Source of the DNA: a virus
Taxonomy: Duplodnaviria; Heunggongvirae; Uroviricota; Caudoviricetes
Direction: 5' to 3' (one strand)
Virus record (IMG/VR): IMGVR_UViG_3300028797_000106
Length of the DNA stretch: 64,000 bases
Below the pieces are notes generated by a model. The model saw only the letters and a program-made list of their open reading frames with translations. It made no database searches and had not been told where the DNA came from. Each line of letters starts with the position of its first letter. Position 1 is the stretch's first letter. This document shows, piece by piece, positions 9,130 to 18,826 of the stretch. A program made the translations under genes and the position numbers.

Positions 9130-9717
9130 ATGGCAGACGAGAAGAAAAAATTCAAAAAGTGGTATGATGATGCGGTCATGAACATGGCTGCACAGATGGC
9201 TCAGTACTGCAAGAAGAGTACTGACAACATGCTCAAGCGTCAAGCCGAGGAAAGAGAATCAGAATGGGAAGCTGCTGAACGAGACCGCCGAATAATGGAT
9301 AAGACAAAGCAGTTCTTTGATGAGAAGTGCTTCCCAGGTCTACAGAATGAAGGCTATAAGCTTGCCGTTGAACCAGCATCCGCAATTCAGCATGTACCGC
9401 CTAACATCCGTATCATCTGTAATTTTGGTGCTAAGACATGGAAAGATGGACGAGCACGCATTGACGAAAACAACGGTGAGTTTATCATTCAAGAATATGT
9501 AAATATGCCGTATGCCTTTACGGCACGAGGCGTTGTAGGTCAATCTTGGAATACGGTTAAGACGATTAAGTTCGTCAAGCCAACGGCATCGGGTTCATGG
9601 GATGATTTCAACAAAGCCATGAATGAATGCAATGAGTTTACAAAACAACGAATTAAGGAAGCTAAGATTGCTGCCTTGAAGGCTGAAAGAGAAAAGGGTT
9701 TATCAGATGAAGTATGA
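9130..9717 (+). CDS. hypothetical protein
   Basis: 195 aa ORF. Confidence 0.5.
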   Translation: MADEKKKFKKWYDDAVMNMAAQMAQYCKKSTDNMLKRQAEERESEWEAAERDRRIMDKTKQFFDEKCFPGLQNEGYKLAVEPASAIQHVPPNIRIICNFGAKTWKDGRARIDENNGEFIIQEYVNMPYAFTARGVVGQSWNTVKTIKFVKPTASGSWDDFNKAMNECNEFTKQRIKEAKIAALKAEREKGLSDEV

Positions 9718-10387
9718 TGTGATTGTTTCTTTGACAACATGGAAGGGCAGGATAAATGATCCTCGCTTACCTAAGGTTATTTTCAGACTGTTGCAGCAAG
9801 AAACCAAATTCAAGTATAAGGTCGTTCTTGTTCTTAGCCGCGAGGAGTTCGGCGACAATTATGAAGTGCCTGAACGAATTGCTTTGATGACTGAAGATGA
9901 ACGCTTTGAAATTCTTTGGACTGACAAGAATACAAAAGCATTGAAGAAACTTGACCCGACGATGGAGAAATATCCTGACACACCGATCATAACAACAGAC
10001 GATGACATATTGTTGAAGAAGCACGCTGTAGATATGATGATACAGGCCCACCAAATGCATCCTGAGGCCATCTTGGGGACTGTTTGTGGCGCATTTTATC
10101 CACCTATCTGCAGGGTTGGAAATCTTCGTTTATTTCCTCCTCACTCCCTTGCGGATTTACCAACTGAATACTTCTCAACCTATTTTCAGAACTTACATGA
10201 TGATGAATGGAATGGTATCCGCGCGATGGTCAAAGGCACTAAGATGCTGAAGGTTGCCGATAAGCTCATTGAAAACATTTCATATTACGGACAAGACAAT
10301 TCTTTCCGCAAAGAATACAACAAGTTCAGGTTCAAACCTGCATACGATAAGTTTAAGAAAGAACATCCAGAATATAACCTAAAGTAG
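9707..10387 (+). CDS. Putative glycosyltransferase, GT25-like (LPS glycosyltransferase family)
   Basis: N-terminal VIVSLTTWKGRI resembles the GT25 VISLxSAxERRxHI motif. Candidate DxD at ITTDDDILL. Paralog of 13211-13903 and 14811-15644. Confidence 0.45.
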   Translation: MKYDVIVSLTTWKGRINDPRLPKVIFRLLQQETKFKYKVVLVLSREEFGDNYEVPERIALMTEDERFEILWTDKNTKALKKLDPTMEKYPDTPIITTDDDILLKKHAVDMMIQAHQMHPEAILGTVCGAFYPPICRVGNLRLFPPHSLADLPTEYFSTYFQNLHDDEWNGIRAMVKGTKMLKVADKLIENISYYGQDNSFRKEYNKFRFKPAYDKFKKEHPEYNLK

Positions 10388-10393
10388 GAACTT

Positions 10394-11065
10394 ATGGATA
10401 TTGAACAAGCACTTGAACAGCAAGCACTTGCTGCTGATATGGCATTTGTGCATACGGATCCCTTGTTAGGCTCAATACAGCGTGAGATTGATGCTGAGAT
10501 CATTCAGCGATGTAAAGTCATCTGTGCAGCAAAATCACGAAACCCTGCTGACTATGCATTTGATACACCAGAAGAAGCAATTCGTGCATGCGGTTGGGAT
10601 CCTAATGAAGAAGGCGTTGAGTTTCAGATCTTGGGTGACAATGACCCTAATGCAAAGAACCCCGGTGGTGCGACATTGACATATCATGGCAAGATGGTCA
10701 TGTCTTTGCTGCAGGAACCGGAATACAATTATAAGTGGTTCTTCAACAGTATGACTATGTTTCACCTTACGATTGAAACCAGACCTATTTTTGATGTCCG
10801 TATTCCTGTCATGTCTTTAGGCTCGTATGACTTGCTACCATGGGGAAGCACTGAGAACATACTCGGGCAGACCACGCCTGAACGGTATAAAGAATATCAA
10901 GAGATAATGAAAAAGGCTAAGCAGGACACCAAGGATACGATTGACCTTCATGAAAGCTGGCTAGTTGAACATAAAGCAAACACAGAACGGTACCTCCGCG
11001 CTCAGGAAAAACTTTCTAAGAAGACGAACCTCAAATACGAACAAATGAAAGGACTAGAAAAATGA
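10394..11065 (+). CDS. hypothetical protein
   Basis: 223 aa ORF. Confidence 0.5.
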   Translation: MDIEQALEQQALAADMAFVHTDPLLGSIQREIDAEIIQRCKVICAAKSRNPADYAFDTPEEAIRACGWDPNEEGVEFQILGDNDPNAKNPGGATLTYHGKMVMSLLQEPEYNYKWFFNSMTMFHLTIETRPIFDVRIPVMSLGSYDLLPWGSTENILGQTTPERYKEYQEIMKKAKQDTKDTIDLHESWLVEHKANTERYLRAQEKLSKKTNLKYEQMKGLEK

Positions 11066-11376
11066 TCATAACACAAAAACAGACCGTATGGCTTCTTAAG
11101 CACAACACAAACAAGTACATCAAGGTCACCTGTAATCCGAGCTCAATTACTGACTGCGTGACCGATGACCCGTTGGACGCGATGCGTTTTCACTCAAAGG
11201 AACAAGCAGTCTTGATGATTGAAATGGCTAAGGTGAACACGAAGACGGCACGCTGGCCTGCTGAACGCGCTAACATGTTCTCTATGGCTGAAAGCACACC
11301 TGTGCGTATGACGATCACAACGGAAGCTGTGATTGATGATGAACTTGAAACCGAATATGATGAGGACTACCTATGA
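11062..11376 (+). CDS. hypothetical protein
   Basis: 104 aa; ATGA overlap with the previous gene. Confidence 0.5.
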   Translation: MIITQKQTVWLLKHNTNKYIKVTCNPSSITDCVTDDPLDAMRFHSKEQAVLMIEMAKVNTKTARWPAERANMFSMAESTPVRMTITTEAVIDDELETEYDEDYL

Positions 11377-11480
11377 CAAATAAACAAGTACTTAAAGAAG
11401 CAGCACCGTGGTGTGTTGTTGGCGCAGCAATTCCTGCTGGCTTTCTAACCGTGTTCTTTCTCGTCTTAATGGCGCTTTAG
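11373..11480 (+). CDS. hypothetical small membrane peptide (35 aa)
   Basis: ATGA overlap with the upstream stop; hydrophobic AAIPAGFLTVFFLVLMAL segment. Confidence 0.3.
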   Translation: MTNKQVLKEAAPWCVVGAAIPAGFLTVFFLVLMAL

Positions 11481-11488
11481 GAGGCATC

Positions 11489-11746
11489 ATGACCGACCAG
11501 CAAGACGCAGCAGTATTGCTTCAGGCATTGGCAGCAGTCGCCTTCCGAAAGAAGATGCCAGAGATTGACCCGAATGACATTAAGGTCACCGAAGACAAGA
11601 TCTTGTTCAACGCTTGTAAGACACTTGAACATCTTGAAATTGGCATTGACGAATTCAAGAAGCGACTGAATGACGCATTCTGTATCTATTCATTCAAACC
11701 GGAGACAAAGAAAGATGACGGAAAAAGAATTCAGACAACTGTGTGA
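11489..11746 (+). CDS. hypothetical protein
   Basis: aggagg RBS then ATG at 11489; 85 aa. Confidence 0.45.
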   Translation: MTDQQDAAVLLQALAAVAFRKKMPEIDPNDIKVTEDKILFNACKTLEHLEIGIDEFKKRLNDAFCIYSFKPETKKDDGKRIQTTV

Positions 11747-11948
11747 ATGGTATCTCCCAGGATGCACATTTAAAGACAATGGCACATGCGGTCTTTGTTG
11801 CTATCACGGCGGCGAAGAAATCACCGACATTCAAGTAGCGCTTTTGCCTAGAGGTGAATATGCAGTTTATGACCAGTGGCGTGACTGCACAATTACCGCT
11901 GACAAAGATTACATGATTGACTTTCTGAGGAGAAGAAATGCAAGATAG
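11715..11948 (+). CDS. hypothetical Cys-rich protein
   Basis: 77 aa with CxxxxxxC...CGLCC cluster; overlaps the previous gene end. Confidence 0.4.
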   Translation: MTEKEFRQLCEWYLPGCTFKDNGTCGLCCYHGGEEITDIQVALLPRGEYAVYDQWRDCTITADKDYMIDFLRRRNAR

Positions 11949-12087
11949 AAATGACATCAAGCTCGCACTGAATGAAGAAAGCATGGAACGCATTCGTAAG
12001 TGCTTCGGCGCAGCTGTTCCATTTGAACACGATAAAAAGAAGGAAGACGATGAGTTATTCACAGACGCTAGAGGTGAGTTCGAGTAA
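11938..12087 (+). CDS. hypothetical small protein (49 aa)
   Basis: gaggagaag RBS then ATG; below the ORF-track size cutoff. Confidence 0.35.
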   Translation: MQDRNDIKLALNEESMERIRKCFGAAVPFEHDKKKEDDELFTDARGEFE

Positions 12088-12340
12088 GGCCGAAGAATTC
12101 TTGGTGCATTGGAAGCGACTTGCTGACGGCACTTGGATTGTCGTTGACTGCAAGCCAAAGTCACAGCTGTCGCATGAACAGCAAAGGTTTTATCGGAAAA
12201 CGCAAAAGGAATTTTACGCTGACCAAGAAATGAAACTTCAGGACGGTAAGATCTTGGGTTATCCTTGTGCACCTTACAGAGATTTGCCTTGTGATCCTAT
12301 TTGCGGTGCACCTCATCTATTAAAGGACAAGAAACGATGA
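12050..12340 (+). CDS. hypothetical protein
   Basis: Internal ATG of ORF 11972-12340 chosen to minimise overlap. Confidence 0.4.
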   Translation: MSYSQTLEVSSSKAEEFLVHWKRLADGTWIVVDCKPKSQLSHEQQRFYRKTQKEFYADQEMKLQDGKILGYPCAPYRDLPCDPICGAPHLLKDKKR

Positions 12341-12603
12341 ACGGAATAGAAGCAGCAAAACTCTATTTAGACGGAGAACCGAAAATGTTACCAAAAGAAT
12401 GTTCGTTGGAATATAAGGCAAGGGAAGCATACATCAAGCAAGTTCTACAGGACTGTTGTGTTCTGAATAACTTGATGGAACGCTTAAAATGCGAAAAGGA
12501 AATTCACTTACTTGACTGTGAACTTGAAGTCGTGATGCGTTTCAGTCCACTTTTCAATGACTTACATATTGATGTTGAAGACGGCTTCTTGAGGAGAGCA
12601 TAA
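12336..12603 (+). CDS. hypothetical protein
   Basis: 88 aa; ATGA overlap. Confidence 0.45.
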
Positions 12604-12929
12604 TGACAACTTATGTAGTTTCAGAAATTGAGTATTGGGCCATGGCACCGCGCATCAAAATTCATTATGCCGGCGAAGACCGTGATGAAGCTCTTAAAAT
12701 CTTTGAAAAGCATTTTAGACGAAATACATGGAATACAGACGAAAAGAAGTTCTTTATGCTCCCGCCTGAAGTCACTAAAGACCTTGGCAAGGATCCATTG
12801 TTTGAACAAGTAGTGACTTGGTGTGTTCGTAAAGTCGAAGAAACAGGTAAGCTTGAGATTGACGATGAATGGGACGATGGCGAAGGCGACTATCCGCTTT
12901 ACTTACAGTTCACGGTGAGGAGAGAATAA
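12603..12929 (+). CDS. hypothetical protein
   Basis: 108 aa; TAATG overlap. Confidence 0.5.
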   Translation: MTTYVVSEIEYWAMAPRIKIHYAGEDRDEALKIFEKHFRRNTWNTDEKKFFMLPPEVTKDLGKDPLFEQVVTWCVRKVEETGKLEIDDEWDDGEGDYPLYLQFTVRRE

Positions 12930-12982
12930 TGTCACTAGCAAATTGGCAAAAGATGAACAGTTTCTTTGCGAGCAATTAGGCT

Positions 12983-13174
12983 ATGAAAAATCTGGCAATG
13001 CGAACAGAACCGCATTCGCTGGGTAAAGCACTTGGCAAGATCCGAAAGAAATACGCTGAGGTGCGAGCATTGCATAAATGCCAACAGCAACTGAATGCGG
13101 ACGCCGCTGCCATATCCAAATGGTTTGCGAACATGACAGCGGCTGAAATTGAACGCGTCTACGAATTGGATTAG
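12983..13174 (+). CDS. hypothetical protein
   Basis: 63 aa ORF followed by a terminator. Confidence 0.4.
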   Translation: MKNLAMRTEPHSLGKALGKIRKKYAEVRALHKCQQQLNADAAAISKWFANMTAAEIERVYELD

Positions 13175-13177
13175 ATT

Positions 13178-13207
13178 GGAGCTGCCTTAACCGGCAGCTC
13201 TTTTTAT
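13178..13207. terminator. Bidirectional intrinsic terminator between convergent genes
   Basis: gagctgcc-ttaacc-ggcagctc hairpin with T tract; flanked by convergent CDS. Confidence 0.6.
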
Positions 13208-13210
13208 GTC

Positions 13211-13903
13211 TTATAGCGGTTCGCAGATTTTCTTTAATCGCGGAATGATTGTATCTGAATAACAGTGCCTACGGTTCATGCTTGACGAAATACCGTCGCG
13301 TGTTTCTTTTGCGATTTGATAGTACCTAAATGGACAGTTATCATTCTGAAGAACCTTTATGCCAAATTTGGCTGCAAGGACACCATACAAAGCATCATCG
13401 TGATTTGTGTTTAAGACTTCATCAAGCTCTATTGCTTTTAGACCTGCATCTTTAAATGCGTTCGGCGGATAGATTGTTCCCCAACCGCCGGCACCCCAAG
13501 AAATGTTATATCCGTGATGCACTTCATTAACGAAAATACAGTCTTGGTTTCTTAACCAGCGGGTATATAAAATTTCAGCGAAATTGCGAATGTAGACTAT
13601 ACCGTCATCTGCGCTGATGATTGGTACATTTGGATATTTTGCCATTGTAGGAATGATCTTTTTGAAGACCTTGTAATTTCGTTTTGTCCAGATTACCTCA
13701 ATGACATCATATTTAATTTGTTCACGAAGTTTATCAGGAAGATCCGCTTCTTTATTTGGGAACTCATTTTCTGAAAGAACAAGGACAATATGAAAGCCAG
13801 GATTGTGCTTGATGATACTGAAGATTGTCGCATACACGGAGTTTATTCTAGCTTTCCAAGATGTAAGAGAAATGATTGCTTTTTCGCCGTTATACTGTTT
13901 CAT
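13211..13903 (-). CDS. Putative glycosyltransferase, GT25-like
   Basis: AIISLTSWKARI N-terminal motif and IISADDG; clear paralog of 9707-10387 (shared VLVLS.EEF, PTM.KYP, PII..DD blocks). Confidence 0.5.
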   Translation of the reverse strand: MKQYNGEKAIISLTSWKARINSVYATIFSIIKHNPGFHIVLVLSENEFPNKEADLPDKLREQIKYDVIEVIWTKRNYKVFKKIIPTMAKYPNVPIISADDGIVYIRNFAEILYTRWLRNQDCIFVNEVHHGYNISWGAGGWGTIYPPNAFKDAGLKAIELDEVLNTNHDDALYGVLAAKFGIKVLQNDNCPFRYYQIAKETRDGISSSMNRRHCYSDTIIPRLKKICEPL

Positions 13904-13923
13904 GTGGTATTTATAAATACAAC

Positions 13924-14814
13924 ATGAGTAAGATTAATAGTGAACCTATAGATATTGTTGTGCCGTGGGTAAATCCTAATGATGAACAATGGTTTAGAAT
14001 ACTTAGCCATTTTAGAAAAACAACATCCGGTGAAAAAGATGATATTCGTTTTAGGGATTTAGATGTTTTTAGATATTGGTTTAGGGGTATAGATAATTAT
14101 ATGCCTTGGGTTAGGTATGTATTTTTGATTTTAGCATCGCCATCACAAATACCTGCCTGGTTGAATACTGAACATTCAAAATTAAAAATTATATACCATA
14201 AAGATTTTATTCCTGCATCGGAATTACCGACTTTTAATAGCTCTGTAATAAATTGTTATGTTCCTTACATTGAAGAATTAAGTGATAATTATATTCTTTT
14301 TAATGATGACATGTTTATTATGAAGCCACAGTTGGAAGAAAATTGGTTTAAGAATGATTTGCCTGTTTATTTTTTAATGCATGAACGGTATCAACGAAAT
14401 GGAAAGTGGTCTGAAAACATTGTAAACTCAAAGACGCTTGCGTCAGCATATACAGGAATTACATGTGACTCAAATCCAGAACATGGACCTATAGCTAATA
14501 AGAAAATGATGAATATGTTTTTCTTTGAACGTTATAAAGCAAACTTTCAAAATGCATTGGGCAATTCTAGGTTTAGAACTGCAAAAAACGTCACGGATTG
14601 GATTTATTTTTTCTTTTGTGTTCCGTTAAATAAATTTTATGAAAATAAGACTTCCAGGGTTTTATATTGGTCAAATGAAAAAGAACCAAAACAAATAAAA
14701 GATGTAGTGTGTTTTAATGATTCTTCACTTATTAAGAATTTTGATGCATTTAAAGTAATGGTTAGAAATTTTCTAAATAATAGATTTCCAAATAAATGTA
14801 GGTTTGAAAAATGA
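13924..14814 (+). CDS. Stealth-family protein (capsule-type hexose-1-phosphate transferase homolog)
   Basis: CR1-like IDIVVPWVNPND. CR2-like RFRDLDVFRYWFRGI...MPWVRYVFLILASPSQIPAWL. NDDMFIM block. ATG at 13924 avoids overlap with the divergent gene. Confidence 0.7.
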   Translation: MSKINSEPIDIVVPWVNPNDEQWFRILSHFRKTTSGEKDDIRFRDLDVFRYWFRGIDNYMPWVRYVFLILASPSQIPAWLNTEHSKLKIIYHKDFIPASELPTFNSSVINCYVPYIEELSDNYILFNDDMFIMKPQLEENWFKNDLPVYFLMHERYQRNGKWSENIVNSKTLASAYTGITCDSNPEHGPIANKKMMNMFFFERYKANFQNALGNSRFRTAKNVTDWIYFFFCVPLNKFYENKTSRVLYWSNEKEPKQIKDVVCFNDSSLIKNFDAFKVMVRNFLNNRFPNKCRFEK

Positions 14815-15644
14815 AAATTGTAGTAACGATGACATCCTATCCAAAAAGAATAAAAGAAGTCGGAAAGTTCATATATCGTTTTTTTAAGACACAGACTGAA
14901 CGTCCTGATTATTTTTATTTATGGTTATCCTCTGTAAATTTTCCAAATAAAGAGAAAGATTTGCCACAAGATTTATTATATGTTTGCGATGCATTCGGCG
15001 TAATTATATCATGGGTTGATTATGATGATGGCTGCACTAAACGATGGAATGTATATCCTAAACATTATGAAGACTGTGTGGTTGCTGTTGATGAAGATAA
15101 TGAATATGATTATCATTTAATTGAAACTATGCGTAAATTTAATTATAGTCCAAAAACGATTTATGCAGTTTGGGAAAGTTTAACAAATTATTTAGTACTA
15201 AATGAAGGCATAGATTTTAGATATATACATTATAAGAAATTAAAACTTGCCGATCATTCGTTAAGAATGAAAATATCTGGTAATAGTGTTATACCACCAA
15301 GAACATTTCCGCTTGAAGCATTAAATCCTGAATACTTACCATTACGATTAAAGTATTGTAAGAAATGCGATGAAAGCTGGCTTCAGCCATTTTATAGATG
15401 TGCAGGAATAGAGTCTTCTGTGCTTCATTTGAAAAAATATGCATGTGATGATAAAATGAATGCAACTGGAATAAATGCACAAGGACGGCGCATCAATGGT
15501 GTTTGGTGGAAGAATTTACAGATGTATTTGGTTTTAAGATTATTTCCTAAAATGATGGAACGATGGAAAGAATTATTTCCATCATACAATGATGATAAAT
15601 TTAAAGATATGTCAATAGATGAATTAGCAAAGTTGCTGGGATAA
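14811..15644 (+). CDS. Putative glycosyltransferase, GT25-like
   Basis: IVVTMTSYPKRI N-terminal motif, third member of the local paralog family; VAVDEDNEY acidic motif. Confidence 0.45.
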   Translation: MKIVVTMTSYPKRIKEVGKFIYRFFKTQTERPDYFYLWLSSVNFPNKEKDLPQDLLYVCDAFGVIISWVDYDDGCTKRWNVYPKHYEDCVVAVDEDNEYDYHLIETMRKFNYSPKTIYAVWESLTNYLVLNEGIDFRYIHYKKLKLADHSLRMKISGNSVIPPRTFPLEALNPEYLPLRLKYCKKCDESWLQPFYRCAGIESSVLHLKKYACDDKMNATGINAQGRRINGVWWKNLQMYLVLRLFPKMMERWKELFPSYNDDKFKDMSIDELAKLLG

Positions 15645-15648
15645 AAAT

Positions 15649-16491
15649 ATGGATTTTCGTAATTATCAAGATTTTAATTATATGAATGCATTGTGTTTTC
15701 ATTCTATGAATAGAATACCCAATGACATTGATTTAATTGTGTGTATTCCGCGTAGCGGTTTAATTTTTGGCACTTTGATTGGTGAATATAAATCATTGCC
15801 AACTATATCTTTATTTGAGTTTTTATCTGGTGTTAATACATTCAAAATACGAGGTGCGTCTCGTTCGCCTTTATTTGAAAAACAGCCTAAACATATTTTA
15901 TTGTTTGATGATGCAATGGGATTGGGTGAAAGCATGCAAACAGCTAAAACAAAAATTTTAGAAAAGTTTCCAGATCTAAAAATAACTACTTGTGTGATGT
16001 TTGTTGAGCCTTATTCAGTTAATAAAGTAGATATTGCATTTAAAGTTTTTAAAGATCAGCTGCTTCCGTGGAATATCATGAAGCGCGGCATAGGTTGCGG
16101 CTGTGTAGACATGGATGGTTTTTTATGTGTAGATCCAACGTCAAATGATACAAAAACCGAAGAAGCATATTTGAATTTCATAAAGAATGCAAAACAAAAA
16201 TATGTTCCTGACCATAAAATCAAATACATAGTTTCAGGACGTTTGGAAAAATACAGAAAAGAGACAGAGGAATGGCTTAAATGCCATAACATACAATATG
16301 AAAACCTTATATTGTGTCCAGCAAAAAATAATGAAGAACGCCGTAAAATGACGCCTGAGAAATATAAAGCTGACTTTTATAAGAAATCTAAATGTTTAAT
16401 TTTTATTGAAAGCAATTATGGTGAAGCAAAGGCTATTGCTAAAATGACAAATATGCCTGTTTACTGTACCGATGTATGTGAACTTTTATGA
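15649..16491 (+). CDS. hypothetical protein with PRTase-like N-terminus and HAD-like DxDG motif
   Basis: DLIVCIPRSGLIFGTLIG resembles a type I PRTase loop; VDMDGFLCVD resembles HAD motif I; function unknown. Confidence 0.4.
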   Translation: MDFRNYQDFNYMNALCFHSMNRIPNDIDLIVCIPRSGLIFGTLIGEYKSLPTISLFEFLSGVNTFKIRGASRSPLFEKQPKHILLFDDAMGLGESMQTAKTKILEKFPDLKITTCVMFVEPYSVNKVDIAFKVFKDQLLPWNIMKRGIGCGCVDMDGFLCVDPTSNDTKTEEAYLNFIKNAKQKYVPDHKIKYIVSGRLEKYRKETEEWLKCHNIQYENLILCPAKNNEERRKMTPEKYKADFYKKSKCLIFIESNYGEAKAIAKMTNMPVYCTDVCELL

Positions 16492-16502
16492 AGAACATAA
16501 AA

Positions 16503-16535
16503 AGACCGGTGCTTAGCCGGTCTTTTATTTTATTA
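16503..16535. terminator. Bidirectional intrinsic terminator
   Basis: agaccgg-tgcttag-ccggtct hairpin flanked by A tract and T tract between convergent genes. Confidence 0.6.
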
Positions 16536-16898
16536 TAAGTGATTGTGTGCCCTGTGTTCTGCGATGTCGTGAATTCTTTTGCCGATTTCTTTGACCTTCT
16601 CAACCGGCACATCTTTATCCAGTTCTTCTGTATAGTTAGCACCTGAATTCATTCCCTTGATGAAAACGACGATCTTGCCTTTGTCATAATCATACTCGAT
16701 ATTAGCGAGTGTCTGATTATGGTTCATCAGCCTTACCCAATATGCAGAGCCAGGCATCTTGCTGAAAACGATTTCATCGCCGCTGACAAAGCCACAGCAA
16801 TTTGAAAGATCTTCAATGAATTCATCTAAGCCGGTTGCTGACCATTCACATATCAGTCCGGCTTTGCCTAATTCTTTAAATGCTTCGTGTAATTCCAT
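16533..16898 (-). CDS. hypothetical protein (shares N-terminal L.KAGLI.E motif family)
   Basis: 121 aa; N-terminus MELHEAFKELGKAGLICE. Confidence 0.5.
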   Translation of the reverse strand: MELHEAFKELGKAGLICEWSATGLDEFIEDLSNCCGFVSGDEIVFSKMPGSAYWVRLMNHNQTLANIEYDYDKGKIVVFIKGMNSGANYTEELDKDVPVEKVKEIGKRIHDIAEHRAHNHL

Positions 16899-17069
16899 TA
16901 CTTACTCCGTAAAGCATTGGCGAACTTATGTAATGAAACGCAAAAGTCGCCGTGCTTCAAATTTTTGCATTCCTTAACTTCTATCAGTTGTTCAATGTTT
17001 TGAACTTCTGGATAGTCTTTCTTAAGTACTGCAACTAGCTGTTCTTTAATTATTTCTTTGTAGTTCATG
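16896..17069 (-). CDS. hypothetical small protein (57 aa)
   Basis: Minus-strand ORF MNYKEIIKEQLVAVLKKDYPEVQNIEQLIEVKECKNLKHGDFCVSLHKFANALRSK; stop overlaps the start of 16533-16898 (TAATG). Confidence 0.3.
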
Positions 17070-17114
17070 TTCTATTTATTCTTGTTTTTCTTCCATTCAT
17101 TATATTCTTGAAAA

Positions 17115-18023
17115 TCAAACAAATTCAGGTATGTAGGTTTTATACCAATAGAAGACAATTTCATATTTCTTTGCCGCGCCTTGTGCAACCAAAGTAAAGC
17201 TATTTTCACCATCCAAATTATTGTCTTTAAGTAATAGGTTTGCGTCAGATTCACGAGCATCATTTCCTTGCTTAAGCGTGATTACGGAACCTTGTTTTGC
17301 TGAAATGTTCTGTGCTGGAATTTCATTATTTAGAATTGTCACAGTTTCAGGAAATGTCATTTTAATCTGATAAAATACATCAGCTGAAAGATTATAGTCA
17401 ATGTCAAATCTTACGCCATCAATCGTTGTATGTTTCTTACCAGCTTTTGCTGAGAAACACATATAGTGTGCATTGAAATCGGTCCAAATTTGTAATATGA
17501 AATCAGGTGCAGCAATGTGAAGCTCAGATTCTTGCATGATATCACGACTGATTTGAATACCGCCGCTTATTGAAAAATACTGTTCGTATTTTGACCCTTT
17601 GACTTTTATACCATTTCCAAAAGCATCACCGCCGATGTATAAATGGTCAAGCGCATCATTTGGATATTCCTGTAGAAGTAATACTTGCAATACTTCTGAG
17701 TTTTCATCATTAACCAAAAATATAGCGTGCTCATCAAATGAATATGCATTAGGAAATACACGAATTATGTCATTTGCTATAACAGCGGCCTGTTGTGCAG
17801 GTATTGTTTCTAAAGTGCTTAAACGAGATTGAATGTTTGTAAGTGAACTCTCAAGCGCAGATAGACGAGGTTCACATTCACATTCTTTAATGATTGTTGT
17901 GGTACTTCCTGTGTTAGATGATGAAGATGAGCTGCTTGAACTCTGACTAGGCATTGAGGTAGAAGGTGTGTATGAATATGTATATGTTGACCCTGATTTA
18001 GGTCTTGCATTTAGACGACGCAT
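17115..18023 (-). CDS. hypothetical protein with Ser/Thr-rich N-terminal region
   Basis: 302 aa; poly-Ser tract SSSSSSSSSNTGSTTT followed by a short coiled segment and a beta-rich C-terminus. Confidence 0.5.
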   Translation of the reverse strand: MRRLNARPKSGSTYTYSYTPSTSMPSQSSSSSSSSSNTGSTTTIIKECECEPRLSALESSLTNIQSRLSTLETIPAQQAAVIANDIIRVFPNAYSFDEHAIFLVNDENSEVLQVLLLQEYPNDALDHLYIGGDAFGNGIKVKGSKYEQYFSISGGIQISRDIMQESELHIAAPDFILQIWTDFNAHYMCFSAKAGKKHTTIDGVRFDIDYNLSADVFYQIKMTFPETVTILNNEIPAQNISAKQGSVITLKQGNDARESDANLLLKDNNLDGENSFTLVAQGAAKKYEIVFYWYKTYIPEFV

Positions 18024-18043
18024 AATTTACCTCCCCTTTTTAT

Positions 18044-18781
18044 TTACGGATTGAACTGATACCATGTTTCAAAGTAGTCAGGTTCATTTCTGGTGTATTG
18101 CATATACACGCCCAAGATTGACCTGCCCATCAGCTGAGAATGATGCAACATATACCAAATCACTTCCGCAACTTCATACGGGCTGATTGGACTGTCGCCG
18201 CCTTCTTCCAATACTTCAGCGATTTGCGGTTCAAATTCAGCGACATGCTTTTCTGCGTATGAACGGCCAGCGTCATCGCTGTCATAGCAGTTATCGTAAA
18301 TCTGAGCGAGCTTCTTTGTTACGATTTCACGGTAGTTGTCGGTGCTTTCGTTGACTGATTCGCTCTGAATTGCCTTGACCTTTTTCATGTAAGCATGCAA
18401 CTGAGTTAAGCTAAATGCTATCTGAACAAAGCCGCCGTTGTTATTTCTGATAATGCGCCAAGGATAGCTGTTTCCTCTCCAATAGAAAGCACCGTGTCTA
18501 CGGAACTGGACTTCCCATGTAGCATTTTCCATCACAATTTCAAATTGCTGTGTGACGCCCTTGTCATCAGGGTCTACTTCATAGTAGTTTTTTACAGGTC
18601 TAACTTTCTCAATCTCTTCAACGATTTCTTCAACGATTGCTTCGTTGCTATTTGCAGCAATTCGTGCAAGAGCATCTTCAGTTGTTTCCTCAGCAATAAG
18701 ACCTGCTTTATTCAAAATCTGTTGTGCCTCAGAAAGCTCCATGTAAACCTCCAGAATAATTTTTAGTTGACCTGCCGTCAA
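18044..18781 (-). CDS. hypothetical protein (N-terminal LNKAGLIAEE motif family)
   Basis: 245 aa. Confidence 0.5.
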   Translation of the reverse strand: MTAGQLKIILEVYMELSEAQQILNKAGLIAEETTEDALARIAANSNEAIVEEIVEEIEKVRPVKNYYEVDPDDKGVTQQFEIVMENATWEVQFRRHGAFYWRGNSYPWRIIRNNNGGFVQIAFSLTQLHAYMKKVKAIQSESVNESTDNYREIVTKKLAQIYDNCYDSDDAGRSYAEKHVAEFEPQIAEVLEEGGDSPISPYEVAEVIWYMLHHSQLMGRSILGVYMQYTRNEPDYFETWYQFNP

Positions 18782-18826
18782 CCTATGAAAAATTTTTTAT
18801 ATTTTATTTATTCAAGGAGTAGACTT

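Noticed and set aside
13876-13923. Longer 13876 start for the Stealth gene
   Set aside because: It would overlap the divergent minus-strand glycosyltransferase gene by 28 nt. The Stealth CR1 motif begins right after the ATG at 13924.
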